DNA from: a virus
IMG/VR virus record: IMGVR_UViG_3300045988_134731
Span: 64,001 to 128,000 of that record
Reading direction: 5' to 3' (one strand)
Length of the DNA: 64,000 bases
The translations under genes and the position numbers were made by a program. The notes beneath the pieces are model-generated. The model saw only the letters and a list, made by a program, of their open reading frames with translations, searched no databases and was not told the DNA's origin. Below, piece after piece: positions 39,022 to 47,651 of this stretch; positions within the stretch are counted from its first letter, which is position 1; each line of letters starts with the position of its first letter.

Positions 39022-39351
39022 TTAATATCTTTCAATAGATATTTTTCTTATAACTTTAGTTTCTTTATTAGGACTAACACTTACTAATCTAGTAGGTATA
39101 TATCCGGCTATTGTATAACTTTTATATACTCTTTCAGTCCCTCCTAATATTTCAATAAAGAAATTAGTACTAGAGAATATTTTTTCATATTCTTCTGTTG
39201 TTATTTCTTCAGTTGTTATTTCTTCAGTTGTTATTTCTGAATATTTTTTAGGGAAATTTTTTCTTCCTTCTTTTTTGTAAGTTTCTTTTGTTAATGTTAT
39301 TTTATATCCTTCTAGACCTCTTATTATTGTTCCTAATTCTTTTTTATTCAT
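39022..39351 (-). CDS. hypothetical protein with an EITTE x3 tandem repeat (start trimmed)
   Basis: The 15-bp x3 tandem repeat at about 39190-39237 encodes EITTEEITTEEITTEE. GGAGTGG RBS. Confidence 0.55.
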   Translation of the reverse strand: MNKKELGTIIRGLEGYKITLTKETYKKEGRKNFPKKYSEITTEEITTEEITTEEYEKIFSSTNFFIEILGGTERVYKSYTIAGYIPTRLVSVSPNKETKVIRKISIERY

Positions 39352-39518
39352 ATTTACCACTCCTTTTTATTAATTATTTTTATATATTTATTATATATGA
39401 TTTAAACTAAGAATTCAAGAGCTTTTTAAAAAAATTATTAATTATTTTTACTATCATTTAAAATAGTGTTGAGCTAGTAGGAGGTTGCCCTCCCAATGTT
39501 ATACTATCATTCTTAATA

Positions 39519-39683
39519 CTATAAATAGTATATTGTATTAAGCAAATCAATAATATCAACCACATTAATGTTGAATGCATAACCTATACAGTCAACTACA
39601 TACATCAATGCTATGGATATTTGATTTTTAAATATAATAATTCCTAATACTAACACTAATACAAATAACATTTTATTTTTCAT
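39519..39683 (-). CDS. small membrane protein (start trimmed)
   Basis: AAGGAGAA RBS. MKNKMLFVLVLVLGIIIF is a single transmembrane segment. Confidence 0.5.
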   Translation of the reverse strand: MKNKMLFVLVLVLGIIIFKNQISIALMYVVDCIGYAFNINVVDIIDLLNTIYYL

Positions 39684-39760
39684 AATATTATCATTCTCCT
39701 TCATTATTAATATAATTTGCTATCATTTAAGACAGTCTTGAGCTAGAGGAATTTATTCCT

Positions 39761-39907
39761 CTATTTAATAATTATTTTTCCTTTGCCTTCATATATTTTG
39801 TTATATAACATTTTAGTTCTTATTGCAAGACCTTTTGACTTTACTTTTGCTAAAAATTCTTCGCTTTCTTCTGTTACTAAATATAAGCTATAATATACTT
39901 TCTTCAT
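39761..39907 (-). CDS. small hypothetical protein (48 aa)
   Basis: Below the ORF-track cutoff. AAGGAGTGA RBS, then MKKVYYSLYLVTEESEEF... Confidence 0.4.
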   Translation of the reverse strand: MKKVYYSLYLVTEESEEFLAKVKSKGLAIRTKMLYNKIYEGKGKIIIK

Positions 39908-40035
39908 AACTCATCACTCCTTAAATTTATTAATTATTTTTACTATCATGATTATAATATCATATTCTACTATCTTTTGTCAACAACTTTATTAATATTT
40001 TTTATAATCATTTTGATAGCATTGAGCTGGAAGGA

Positions 40036-40479
40036 CTAGAACACAATTTCTAAGTCCTTGTTATATCTTTTCATATTTAAACTTGCATGAGTGTCGTCAA
40101 CGCTATTATAGTACACTGTAATAACTTGACTTGTTTTTGGTTCAACAACGACCTTCATAACACAGTCTGTTATTTTTCCGTCGGTATCTACTGGGAATGT
40201 ACTCCAACTTTCTATTAATACTCTTCCATTATTTCTTGTTCTGTTATATTCTATTATATCAAATTCACCATGTTTTAGCATGTCGCATATTGTTTTCATG
40301 CTATAGTTGACAGTTGATTTTTTTCTTAAATGATAACTAGCGTATATACGTTGATGTAGCATGTTGTTTATTGCGATTATACATCTTTGATAATCGTCGC
40401 CTTTGAACTGTTTTACATATTTCTTTTCTTGTCCTTCTGTTCTTCTTATTGTTCCTTTTTTTATTTCTCCCTTTAACAT
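40036..40479 (-). CDS. hypothetical protein
   Basis: ORF with a GGGGAAAA RBS. Confidence 0.6.
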   Translation of the reverse strand: MLKGEIKKGTIRRTEGQEKKYVKQFKGDDYQRCIIAINNMLHQRIYASYHLRKKSTVNYSMKTICDMLKHGEFDIIEYNRTRNNGRVLIESWSTFPVDTDGKITDCVMKVVVEPKTSQVITVYYNSVDDTHASLNMKRYNKDLEIVF

Positions 40480-40540
40480 TTTTCATTTTCCCCTTTATTT
40501 ATTAATTATTTTTAAAACTTGAGCTTTAGGGAATAGATTA

Positions 40541-40894
40541 TTATTCCCAATAATATTCTATGTCAAAACCAAGGTTGTCAAGTTCTCTTTGTTGTTCTAA
40601 TGTTATCTTCTGTTTTTTATCTAACATTATAGTTTCACACTCTGGAACTATTCTAATAAGTTGGTAATTTCTTTGTAATTTTCCAAAAGCGTCATTATCG
40701 TATGCACTTATTTTTGTAGCTCCAAAAATTATTCTATGGTCGACTGCTCTGTAACTACCATCAGATTCGGCATTCAAGTATCTACCGTCAGATAACATAT
40801 AGAAACTTGAATTTCCTAAATAACAATCTGATACAGTGTTTTTAAGTTCGCAAAGATTTTCGTATCTTTTAACTAAATTTTTTGGATTTCTCAT
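40541..40894 (-). CDS. hypothetical protein (start trimmed)
   Basis: GGAGTGG RBS before MRNPKN. Confidence 0.6.
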   Translation of the reverse strand: MRNPKNLVKRYENLCELKNTVSDCYLGNSSFYMLSDGRYLNAESDGSYRAVDHRIIFGATKISAYDNDAFGKLQRNYQLIRIVPECETIMLDKKQKITLEQQRELDNLGFDIEYYWE

Positions 40895-40977
40895 ATTTAC
40901 CACTCCTTTTAATTGTTTAATATTTTGTTACTGGAAAAGGGCTTTTAAGAGGTTAACCCTTTAGAACTCTTTAATAT

Positions 40978-41397
40978 TTACAGCATATATCCTAATTGAT
41001 GTTTACATTCTTCCAAGTATGCAAGTTTTATTTGACTTGCTATTCTTTTACTTTGTGTTAGTTGTTTCTTTGTAAGTTTTTTTCCGTCTCTTACTGTTTT
41101 GGCGAATCCTTGTATATATGCAAATCCTTGTATATGTTTTCCGACTTTTTCTGGAATTATTAACTTTAATGTTTCTATTAACTCTTCTTCTGTATCGAAA
41201 TATTCTGTATAAGGGACTTTGGAATTTAATACTTTCTTTCTATCGACTTCTGTAATTTTGTTTTCTATTTCTTCAATATTTGTCAAGTATTTAACCACTG
41301 GTTCTGTTACTGGTTCTGTAGGTGCTACCATGTCGAAATCTAAGTTTAATATTTCTTCCAAGCTCATATTTGAAAAATCTAATTTTTTATCCTTCAT
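40978..41397 (-). CDS. hypothetical protein, first gene of the leftward arm
   Basis: ORF with an AGGAGGAG RBS. Confidence 0.6.
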   Translation of the reverse strand: MKDKKLDFSNMSLEEILNLDFDMVAPTEPVTEPVVKYLTNIEEIENKITEVDRKKVLNSKVPYTEYFDTEEELIETLKLIIPEKVGKHIQGFAYIQGFAKTVRDGKKLTKKQLTQSKRIASQIKLAYLEECKHQLGYML

Positions 41398-41439
41398 TTT
41401 TACTCCTCCTAATTTATTAATTATTTTTAGCTAATGAGT

Positions 41440-41700
41440 AGCTAATCCCGTAAATTATATTTTTATTACTTAATGAACGATTGGGCGTTCTCCCTTGTCT
41501 AATACTTATATTATAATGATAGTACGAATTATGCTTATTTGTCAAATACTTTTTTTAAAATTTTATTAATTATTTTTGTTGCTTGATGGTTAATTGGGTA
41601 ACCTCCCTTGTCTAATACTTATACTTTTTATTATTTTGTTTTATCTTAATTATATGATAGTACGACTAGTATACTTTTGTCAAACATTTTTTTTATTTTT
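41440..41700 (-). promoter_or_regulatory. tandemly duplicated leftward promoter unit (~115 bp x2)
   Basis: Two copies of ...GGGnnnCTCCCTTGTCTAATACTTATA...ATGATAGTACGA...TTTGTCAAA (TTGACA -35 on the minus strand), at about 41478-41550 and 41594-41690. Confidence 0.5.
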
Positions 41701-42553
41701 TTAAATTTATTTTTCCCTAAAAAAGTATATAGATAGAAGTTGATAAGTAAAAACGCTACAAGTTAGTGATATCAACTGTTTAAGCTATATTTTAGATATC
41801 TACAATAAAAATAAAAGTTTATATATAAATAAATTTTTATAGCTAAATACTTTAATTTTTTAAGTAAAAGATAGACTCCACGGTCAAATAGTAAAGTGTT
41901 CGACAAGTTTTACTTTAAAAATTGATAGTAAAAAATATGGTCACTTTATTTATTTAAGTTTAACCCTTAATAAATTAATTCTTTATATATAAATAAAGTA
42001 AAGCATAATTGAATACTTATACATAAAAATAAATTTATATAGATAAGTTATTGGTCGAATAGTTGAATAAAATAAAGTATATTATGTCGAATACTTTACT
42101 TATTGATAGTAGAAAATAGGGTCACAAATTTTATTAAAGTGGATAGTACAATTTACTTTATTTTAGTAAAGCTATAAAAAAGTATTTTATCGTACAAAAT
42201 TATTTTTATGAAGCGTTCCATTTTAAAATTGATTTTAAAGTTTAATAAATAAAGTTGGTATTAATTATTAAGTTTAACTTAATTAAATAAAGCAGAATGA
42301 TAATATCTCCTTTAAAATATTAAGGTAAATCAAGGATTAGCTTTATTTAATTAGGGAAAATATAAAGATTGTTTTATATTATAAAGTTATTATAAAATAC
42401 TGTAATCGTTGATATTACTAGCTTTAGAGTAATTTGACAAATATATACATGCTTTATATAGTAAAGAGAACAAAAGAGAATAGCTTAATTAGTTAATATA
42501 AATTAACATTATGCTTTATTATCTTAATTATCATAGGTATATTTATTAACTAT

Positions 42554-42623
42554 CTAGTATTATCAACGGTTGTAAGCTTTAGGAAAATGCAAAGGAAAAC
42601 AGTGAAACCGTTGATAATACTAG
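42554..42623. repeat. 16-bp perfect inverted repeat CTAGTATTATCAACGG / CCGTTGATAATACTAG with a 38-bp spacer
   Basis: Arms at 42554-42569 and 42608-42623. Related direct copies of CGTTGATATTACTAG lie at 42407-42421 and 42943-42957. Confidence 0.8.
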
Positions 42624-42896
42624 GATTGAATACCATACATAGGTATACACAAATAGAAGAAAACAGAAGAATGTAGCAATTGCAACTGTTTCACGCTTTA
42701 CAATATACCCACTATAGGTATAGGATGCAGTTATTGCAACGGTTGTATAGTATTGGGTAATATAGGTAAACTGTGAAACAATTATAGGTAAACACTTTAG
42801 GAAAATAAAGGAAAATAGATAAATCACTTTAGATTATTAGGAGAAATTGAATAAATGGTAAAAAATGTAAAATGGAAAAATTAGAAAAATTTTACT

Positions 42897-43112
42897 TGTG
42901 GATAACTTAGATTAAGAAAAAAAGTGTATAAGTGTATGAAAGCGTTGATATTACTAGATTATATAGACTTATAGGTTGTTAGCTTGAGATGTAGCTGGAA
43001 ATGTAATTGTAAGTATTAGTAAGACTTGCTTTCATATATATTTATACATATTAACAACTTGTGGATAACTAGCAAAATACTTGTGGATAACTAGGGAATA
43101 TAGTGTTGATAA
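42897..43112 (+). promoter_or_regulatory. cluster of three perfect DnaA boxes (TGTGGATAA, complement of TTATCCACA) plus one 1-mismatch box
   Basis: Perfect boxes at 42897-42905, 43060-43068 and 43082-43090, each within ACTTGTGGATAACT. TGTTGATAA at 43104-43112 has one mismatch. All share one orientation. Confidence 0.65.
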
Positions 43113-43672
43113 GCACGTCACCTGGACAAGTCAACCACTTTAAAAAATTAAGAATGTACGATTAATTAATACTTAATCACACTTTTTGGAGAAGGAATTT
43201 TTTTTCAATAGGCAAGAAATGTTGATATTCCAACATCTAGGGGGTGGTATCATATTCGGAGGGGCTTGACAAAAATTTTATTCTGTGTAGTAGTTTACCA
43301 ACTACATGCCATAAAAAATACCGAATTACATTTTTAACCATTTCTATAAACTCCTATCTTCATAACATTAACATATTTACAAATTAAGAATACTAGGAAA
43401 TTAATGCGTATTTATTATACTTTATTTTTATCTAATTTAAAGTATTAAAATTAGATATTACCGTATTGTACTTATTCTCGGGAAATGATATTATAAATAT
43501 GTTATTTTACGTTTATAAATTAATACTTGATTTAATGGGAATTTAATAGTATATTTAATATATTGGAAATAAATGGGAAAATATGGGTTTAATCAGATAT
43601 AATACACCGCCACTACGTATTAATTTATCTATATAAACCCATTAGTTTTACCGTATCAAACCATTGAAATAC

Positions 43673-43716
43673 CAAATAAAAAGGTGTGTAGTACAAGCAA
43701 TAGTCGTACCACACAC
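43673..43716 (-). terminator. rho-independent terminator of 43728..44321
   Basis: GTGTGTaGTAC / GTACcACACAC stem followed by TTTTTATTT on the minus strand. Confidence 0.6.
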
Positions 43717-43727
43717 TCAATTTTACA

Positions 43728-44321
43728 TTATAATATACACTTGTCTAAACACTCTAAGTTACAATTTACACACATAGTTTTAAGAATTTTATTCCTAATC
43801 TTGCCCTGTAAGTCGCTTATAATAAGTAGAGAAGGAAGAGTCTGCATACCTTGTTCAATCACATATTCTTTAATAGGATTAATATCTGTGTATTTATCTA
43901 TACAATCTGATAATCTACCATGCAATTGAACTTCTATTAATAAACCTTTCCTTATTATAGTATTGTCTTTTTTGTATCTAATTATAATATAACCATCTGC
44001 TATAACATTACCCAATTGAACATTTCTATCTACGTATATTATTTCCACGCCTAGTAATAATAAATTATATACTAATTCAGTTATATACATATCATGCCTA
44101 AGTAATCTTTCATTAGGTTTATTTTCAATATAATAAATATATTCTCTATTATATATTCCACTTCTAAAGCGTTTTAATTGCTTATATTCTACTAATTTAT
44201 TAGCTCTTCTATCCCAAGTGGTATTAGTTAATCCTGCAAAGAATAAATTTCTTATATGTTCTGTTCTACACATAGTAACTAGATTAATAAAGTTTAATAC
44301 TTGGATATCTCTTTCAGTCAT
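43728..44321 (-). CDS. replication-relaxation (Replic_Relax) family protein
   Basis: N-terminal wHTH-like MTERDIQVLNFINLV..CRTEHIRNLFF and the RLLRHDMYITELVYNLL block resemble this family (from memory). It lies next to an FtsK-like gene. Confidence 0.45.
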   Translation of the reverse strand: MTERDIQVLNFINLVTMCRTEHIRNLFFAGLTNTTWDRRANKLVEYKQLKRFRSGIYNREYIYYIENKPNERLLRHDMYITELVYNLLLLGVEIIYVDRNVQLGNVIADGYIIIRYKKDNTIIRKGLLIEVQLHGRLSDCIDKYTDINPIKEYVIEQGMQTLPSLLIISDLQGKIRNKILKTMCVNCNLECLDKCIL

Positions 44322-44439
44322 ATTATCACCTCAATATAATATATGTATATATTTAAATAATGTTACTAAAATATTTTTTTAATATTTAGGAAACATTTAC
44401 TACACACTTGCATATAGTTAAGTAAAAGGAGATGATAAT

Positions 44440-45570
44440 ATGAGTAATGTGATAGAACCTTTAACAAATACTATTTGGGATACAATAACATTATTATGTA
44501 AATCAGCTTTAGATGTATTTAATATTAAACATATTGATTTTACTGATTTCTTTAATAATATCAATATGAAGAATGCTTCTGGAGATATACCTAAGTTAAG
44601 AAATAAATGGGAAGACGAAAACTATAAAATATATGAGTTTATAATACCTACAGGAATGACTATAGATGATTTTAATAATAATAAGAATAAGTTTTGTCAT
44701 TTATTAAATAAAGAAAAAGAAGATGTTAGTTTTAAAAAGAATGGATATTATATTCAATTAAGAATTAAAAAAGAAGAGATAGTATGTGCTGACTTTGATT
44801 TAGAAAAACATAAAGCTAAAGGATACAAAATCCCTATAGGAATCAATTTAGAAGATTGTAGCATTAGATATATTGACTTTAGCGAACCTTCTAATGCACA
44901 TATGTATTTAGCAGGAGCTACTAGATGTGGTAAATCTAATTGTTTAAGAGTTATTATATCTCAATTAGTAATGAAAAGAAAATGTGACGTTGTGTTAGAT
45001 TTAATCAATGAAAAGAGAGTAGATTTATTTGAATTTAGAAACTGTAAAAATGTAATTCATTATACGGAAAATAGAGATGAAGCTGAAGATATATTATTTG
45101 ATGCTATACAAGATATAGATAAAAGATATGAACTGTTTACTTATAGAAATTGCACTGATATATGGCAATATAGGAAGTTTAAAAAAATGCCTATTAGATT
45201 TATAGTGATAGAAGAGTTATCTTCTTATATGAAGAATAAGGATTTTCATAATATGTTAGCTTTAATAGCTAGTAGAGGTGCAGGAGCAGGGGTGTTTCTA
45301 ATACTAACTACCCAATTACCTTCTAAAGATATATTACCTAATATAACTAAACAGAATATAAATATCGTTATAGGTGGTAAATGTAAAGATGAAATTAGGT
45401 CTAATATGATAATTAACTATGGATATTTACATTTATTAAGAGGAGCTGGAAATATGAGAGTGTTTGATTGTGAAGAATATGGGACAGAAATACAGACATT
45501 TTATATTGATAGAGAAACTGTATTAAAAATAAGTGAAAAATATAGTAAAAAGAAAGAGGAGGTAAAATAA
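44440..45570 (+). CDS. FtsK/SpoIIIE/TcpA-like DNA translocase ATPase
   Basis: LAGATRCGKSN (Walker A), RFIVIEELSS (Walker B) and GVFLILTTQLPSKDIL (FtsK-type QxP block). Confidence 0.7.
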   Translation: MSNVIEPLTNTIWDTITLLCKSALDVFNIKHIDFTDFFNNINMKNASGDIPKLRNKWEDENYKIYEFIIPTGMTIDDFNNNKNKFCHLLNKEKEDVSFKKNGYYIQLRIKKEEIVCADFDLEKHKAKGYKIPIGINLEDCSIRYIDFSEPSNAHMYLAGATRCGKSNCLRVIISQLVMKRKCDVVLDLINEKRVDLFEFRNCKNVIHYTENRDEAEDILFDAIQDIDKRYELFTYRNCTDIWQYRKFKKMPIRFIVIEELSSYMKNKDFHNMLALIASRGAGAGVFLILTTQLPSKDILPNITKQNINIVIGGKCKDEIRSNMIINYGYLHLLRGAGNMRVFDCEEYGTEIQTFYIDRETVLKISEKYSKKKEEVK

Positions 45571-45752
45571 TGAAGTATACATTATATGAATCTATAGAAG
45601 ATAGAGATGATTTATATGAAAATATTTATGTGAATAAAATTGAAACAAAAAATAAAAAAGAAATAGAAGAAGAAATAAATAAATTAAAAGAAAAATGTAG
45701 TAAAAATCCTTCATATGAATATGGATATAGAATAATTAAAAAATTATTTTAG
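45570..45752 (+). CDS. hypothetical protein
   Basis: ATGA start-stop overlap with the upstream gene. GAGGAGG RBS. Confidence 0.55.
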   Translation: MKYTLYESIEDRDDLYENIYVNKIETKNKKEIEEEINKLKEKCSKNPSYEYGYRIIKKLF

Positions 45753-45764
45753 GAGGTTAATGGT

Positions 45765-45959
45765 ATGAGAGAGCTTTGGGAAGTAGAATGGAAGATGGAA
45801 TCAAGAGATAGAATGGAAATAATTGGTGGATTAATTAAAGAAGATACGTTAGAGGAGTTAGAAACATCAATGGAAATTTATAAAGATAGGTCAATACTTG
45901 AGAAAATTTTAATAAAACCTCCTAAATTTGGTGAAATTATTAAGAAAAAATACGAATAA
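45765..45959 (+). CDS. hypothetical protein
   Basis: ORF with a TAGGAGG RBS. Confidence 0.55.
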   Translation: MRELWEVEWKMESRDRMEIIGGLIKEDTLEELETSMEIYKDRSILEKILIKPPKFGEIIKKKYE

Positions 45960-46054
45960 AATGCTAAATTTTTAGCAAAAAAATGAGTAAAAATGCATAA
46001 AAAACATTAAAAAATTAAGAAAAATTGCTTATTTTTATAAAAAACAAAAGAAAA

Positions 46055-46070
46055 AGCCCTAAAAAGGGCT
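46055..46070. terminator. bidirectional terminator hairpin between convergent genes
   Basis: AGCCCT-AAAA-AGGGCT flanked by A-runs and T-runs. Confidence 0.55.
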
Positions 46071-46192
46071 GATTATTACATTTTGGAAATAAAATATAAT
46101 AATTTAATTAAAGTTATATGCGATATTTGCAATTCTTATGAGAATGTACTATATCATGATAACATGGAAAATATATTTTGTCAATAGATTAA

Positions 46193-47149
46193 TTAAAAAA
46201 TACTTGTCCTTATAAATAAGTCAGTATAATACTTAATTTTATTATTTAACACAGCTTTAAAGTAAGGATATACATTATAATCTATTTTATCTACATTAAA
46301 TTTAGATAATGTTGTATTGACTGATTCAATAAAAGACTGTTTCATATCTTCATACGTGAAATCTATTAACTCAAAATCTTTTTGAAGAGACGACATACAA
46401 TTATTTGATATTAAACTCTTATTAGGAATGTATGACAATGGTGAAATTTGTTCAGTTTGTTTCTTTTTAAAATATACTCTTTTATCTAAATCTTTTACAT
46501 GAAATGTTATAGATTTTACACTTCGTCCTTTTTTATTTTCAGTATATGATAATTCAAACATTCCAGTATTATTTAATTCCTTTTTAGCTCGTTGAAGAAC
46601 ATTTCTTTTAAAATCAGCATACAAATTATATTTGTTGTTTAACATTAATAAATCTTTTAATTCGTCTAGTTCATATGTTATATTTTCTTTTGTATTACTC
46701 CATAATCTAAGAAGGTCATATAATCTTTGGCTATATATTGATTTTAAAGTTAAAAATATTTTCATATTAATAGGTGTATAAGCTTTGTAATTCATAAGAA
46801 GATGATAAACTTTATCAATGACAACTATTTTAAATAAATCTTCTTTTTTATTATATTCATACCCAGCTATAATACTATATTTACAGCTCCACTCACCATC
46901 TTCTCTAAAGTATATTTTTTCATCTAGCATATTATCTAATACTTTTTTAATACCTGGAACTGTTTTCTGTGTTTTATTTGAAATAAGATTTTGAAATTCT
47001 TGTTTGCTTATATAACAATATGCATTACCAGACTTAGCCTTCTGAAGTTTATACAATATGAAAATAAATATATTATTATGCATGAGAGATATGTTATATC
47101 TAGCACTAACTATTGTGTTATTTTTCATAAGTATTTGATTTTTACTCAT
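46193..47149 (-). CDS. Rep_3 (RepB-type) plasmid replication initiator
   Basis: N-terminus NNTIVSARYNISLMHNNIFIFILYKLQ is the typical Rep_3 opening. About 318 aa, with iterons directly upstream. Confidence 0.65.
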   Translation of the reverse strand: MSKNQILMKNNTIVSARYNISLMHNNIFIFILYKLQKAKSGNAYCYISKQEFQNLISNKTQKTVPGIKKVLDNMLDEKIYFREDGEWSCKYSIIAGYEYNKKEDLFKIVVIDKVYHLLMNYKAYTPINMKIFLTLKSIYSQRLYDLLRLWSNTKENITYELDELKDLLMLNNKYNLYADFKRNVLQRAKKELNNTGMFELSYTENKKGRSVKSITFHVKDLDKRVYFKKKQTEQISPLSYIPNKSLISNNCMSSLQKDFELIDFTYEDMKQSFIESVNTTLSKFNVDKIDYNVYPYFKAVLNNKIKYYTDLFIRTSIF

Positions 47150-47186
47150 ATTAAAACCTCCTTAATTTCTCATAGTTATATTATAA

Positions 47187-47356
47187 CCCTTAATATCTCA
47201 TATTAATAGTCCCTTATTTTAACATATTTAAATTATTATGAGTAATTAAGGAAATAAAAATGCCCTTAAAAACACATATTTATAAACGAAATGATACTTA
47301 ATTTAACATATATATCCCTTAAAAACACATATTAAAACCTTTAAAACTCATATATA
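47187..47356. repeat. five 19-bp iterons (CCCTTAwwwwmmCATATww)
   Basis: Copies start at 47187, 47211, 47263, 47316 and 47338, all in one orientation, directly upstream of the rep start. Confidence 0.7.
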
Positions 47357-47448
47357 ATATGATGAATACAAGGAATATCAATAGAAGTAGCTTTCTTAAA
47401 TACTATTAAATACTAAATTAAATACTATATATATTAAATAATATAATT

Positions 47449-47480
47449 CATAGGTAATTTTTCATTATTAGTTGTTAATT
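47449..47480 (+). promoter_or_regulatory. class-2 promoter-like element (CATAGGTAAT-N14-TGTTAATT)
   Basis: Consensus geometry. It lies in tandem with the next copy. Confidence 0.4.
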
Positions 47481-47584
47481 ATATAAATATAATTATAAAA
47501 TAATACATATATTCGGAGTGTTTTTGTAATGGTATTAAAGAAGCTTAATAAAAAATCTTAAAGGACAAACATATTTTTGTAATT

Positions 47585-47616
47585 CATAGGTAATTTTTTA
47601 TATAGTTATGTTAATA
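47585..47616 (+). promoter_or_regulatory. class-2 promoter-like element (CATAGGTAAT-N15-TGTTAATA)
   Basis: Lies upstream of the AAAAGGAG RBS of 47652. Confidence 0.5.
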
Positions 47617-47651
47617 CATAAATAAGAAATAAATAAAAAGGAGTTGATATT

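Larger units (their letters stand above)
41700..43140. other. non-coding, repeat-dense origin-like region
   Basis: No credible ORF. There are nested short repeats (ATAAAGC/GCTTTAT, TATAGGTA, GTGAAAC, CGTTGATAWTACTAG) and two ~70-bp GGTCRAATAGT...GGTCAC units (41880-41944, 42053-42124). Confidence 0.55.

Noticed and set aside
4385-41577. The 15-mer as terminal inverted repeats of a MITE or IS element
   Set aside because: The copies are single and not in inverted pairs. They have no target-site duplications. Their orientation strictly follows gene direction at a fixed position relative to the RBS or the -35 box.
42579-42827. 82-aa minus-strand ORF inside the origin-like region
   Set aside because: It has no RBS and its sequence is built from the TATAGGTA, GTGAAAC and CGTTGATA repeats. 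The hydrophobic product is most likely a by-product of repeat DNA.
43140-43680. About 540 bp of non-coding DNA with a G-rich patch (CTAGGGGGTGGTATCATATTCGGAGGGG at about 43238-43265) as a possible small RNA or leader
   Set aside because: Only short hairpins (ATGTTG/CAACAT, GTAGT/ACTAC) are present. There is no clear promoter-terminator pair, so there is too little evidence to call an ncRNA.
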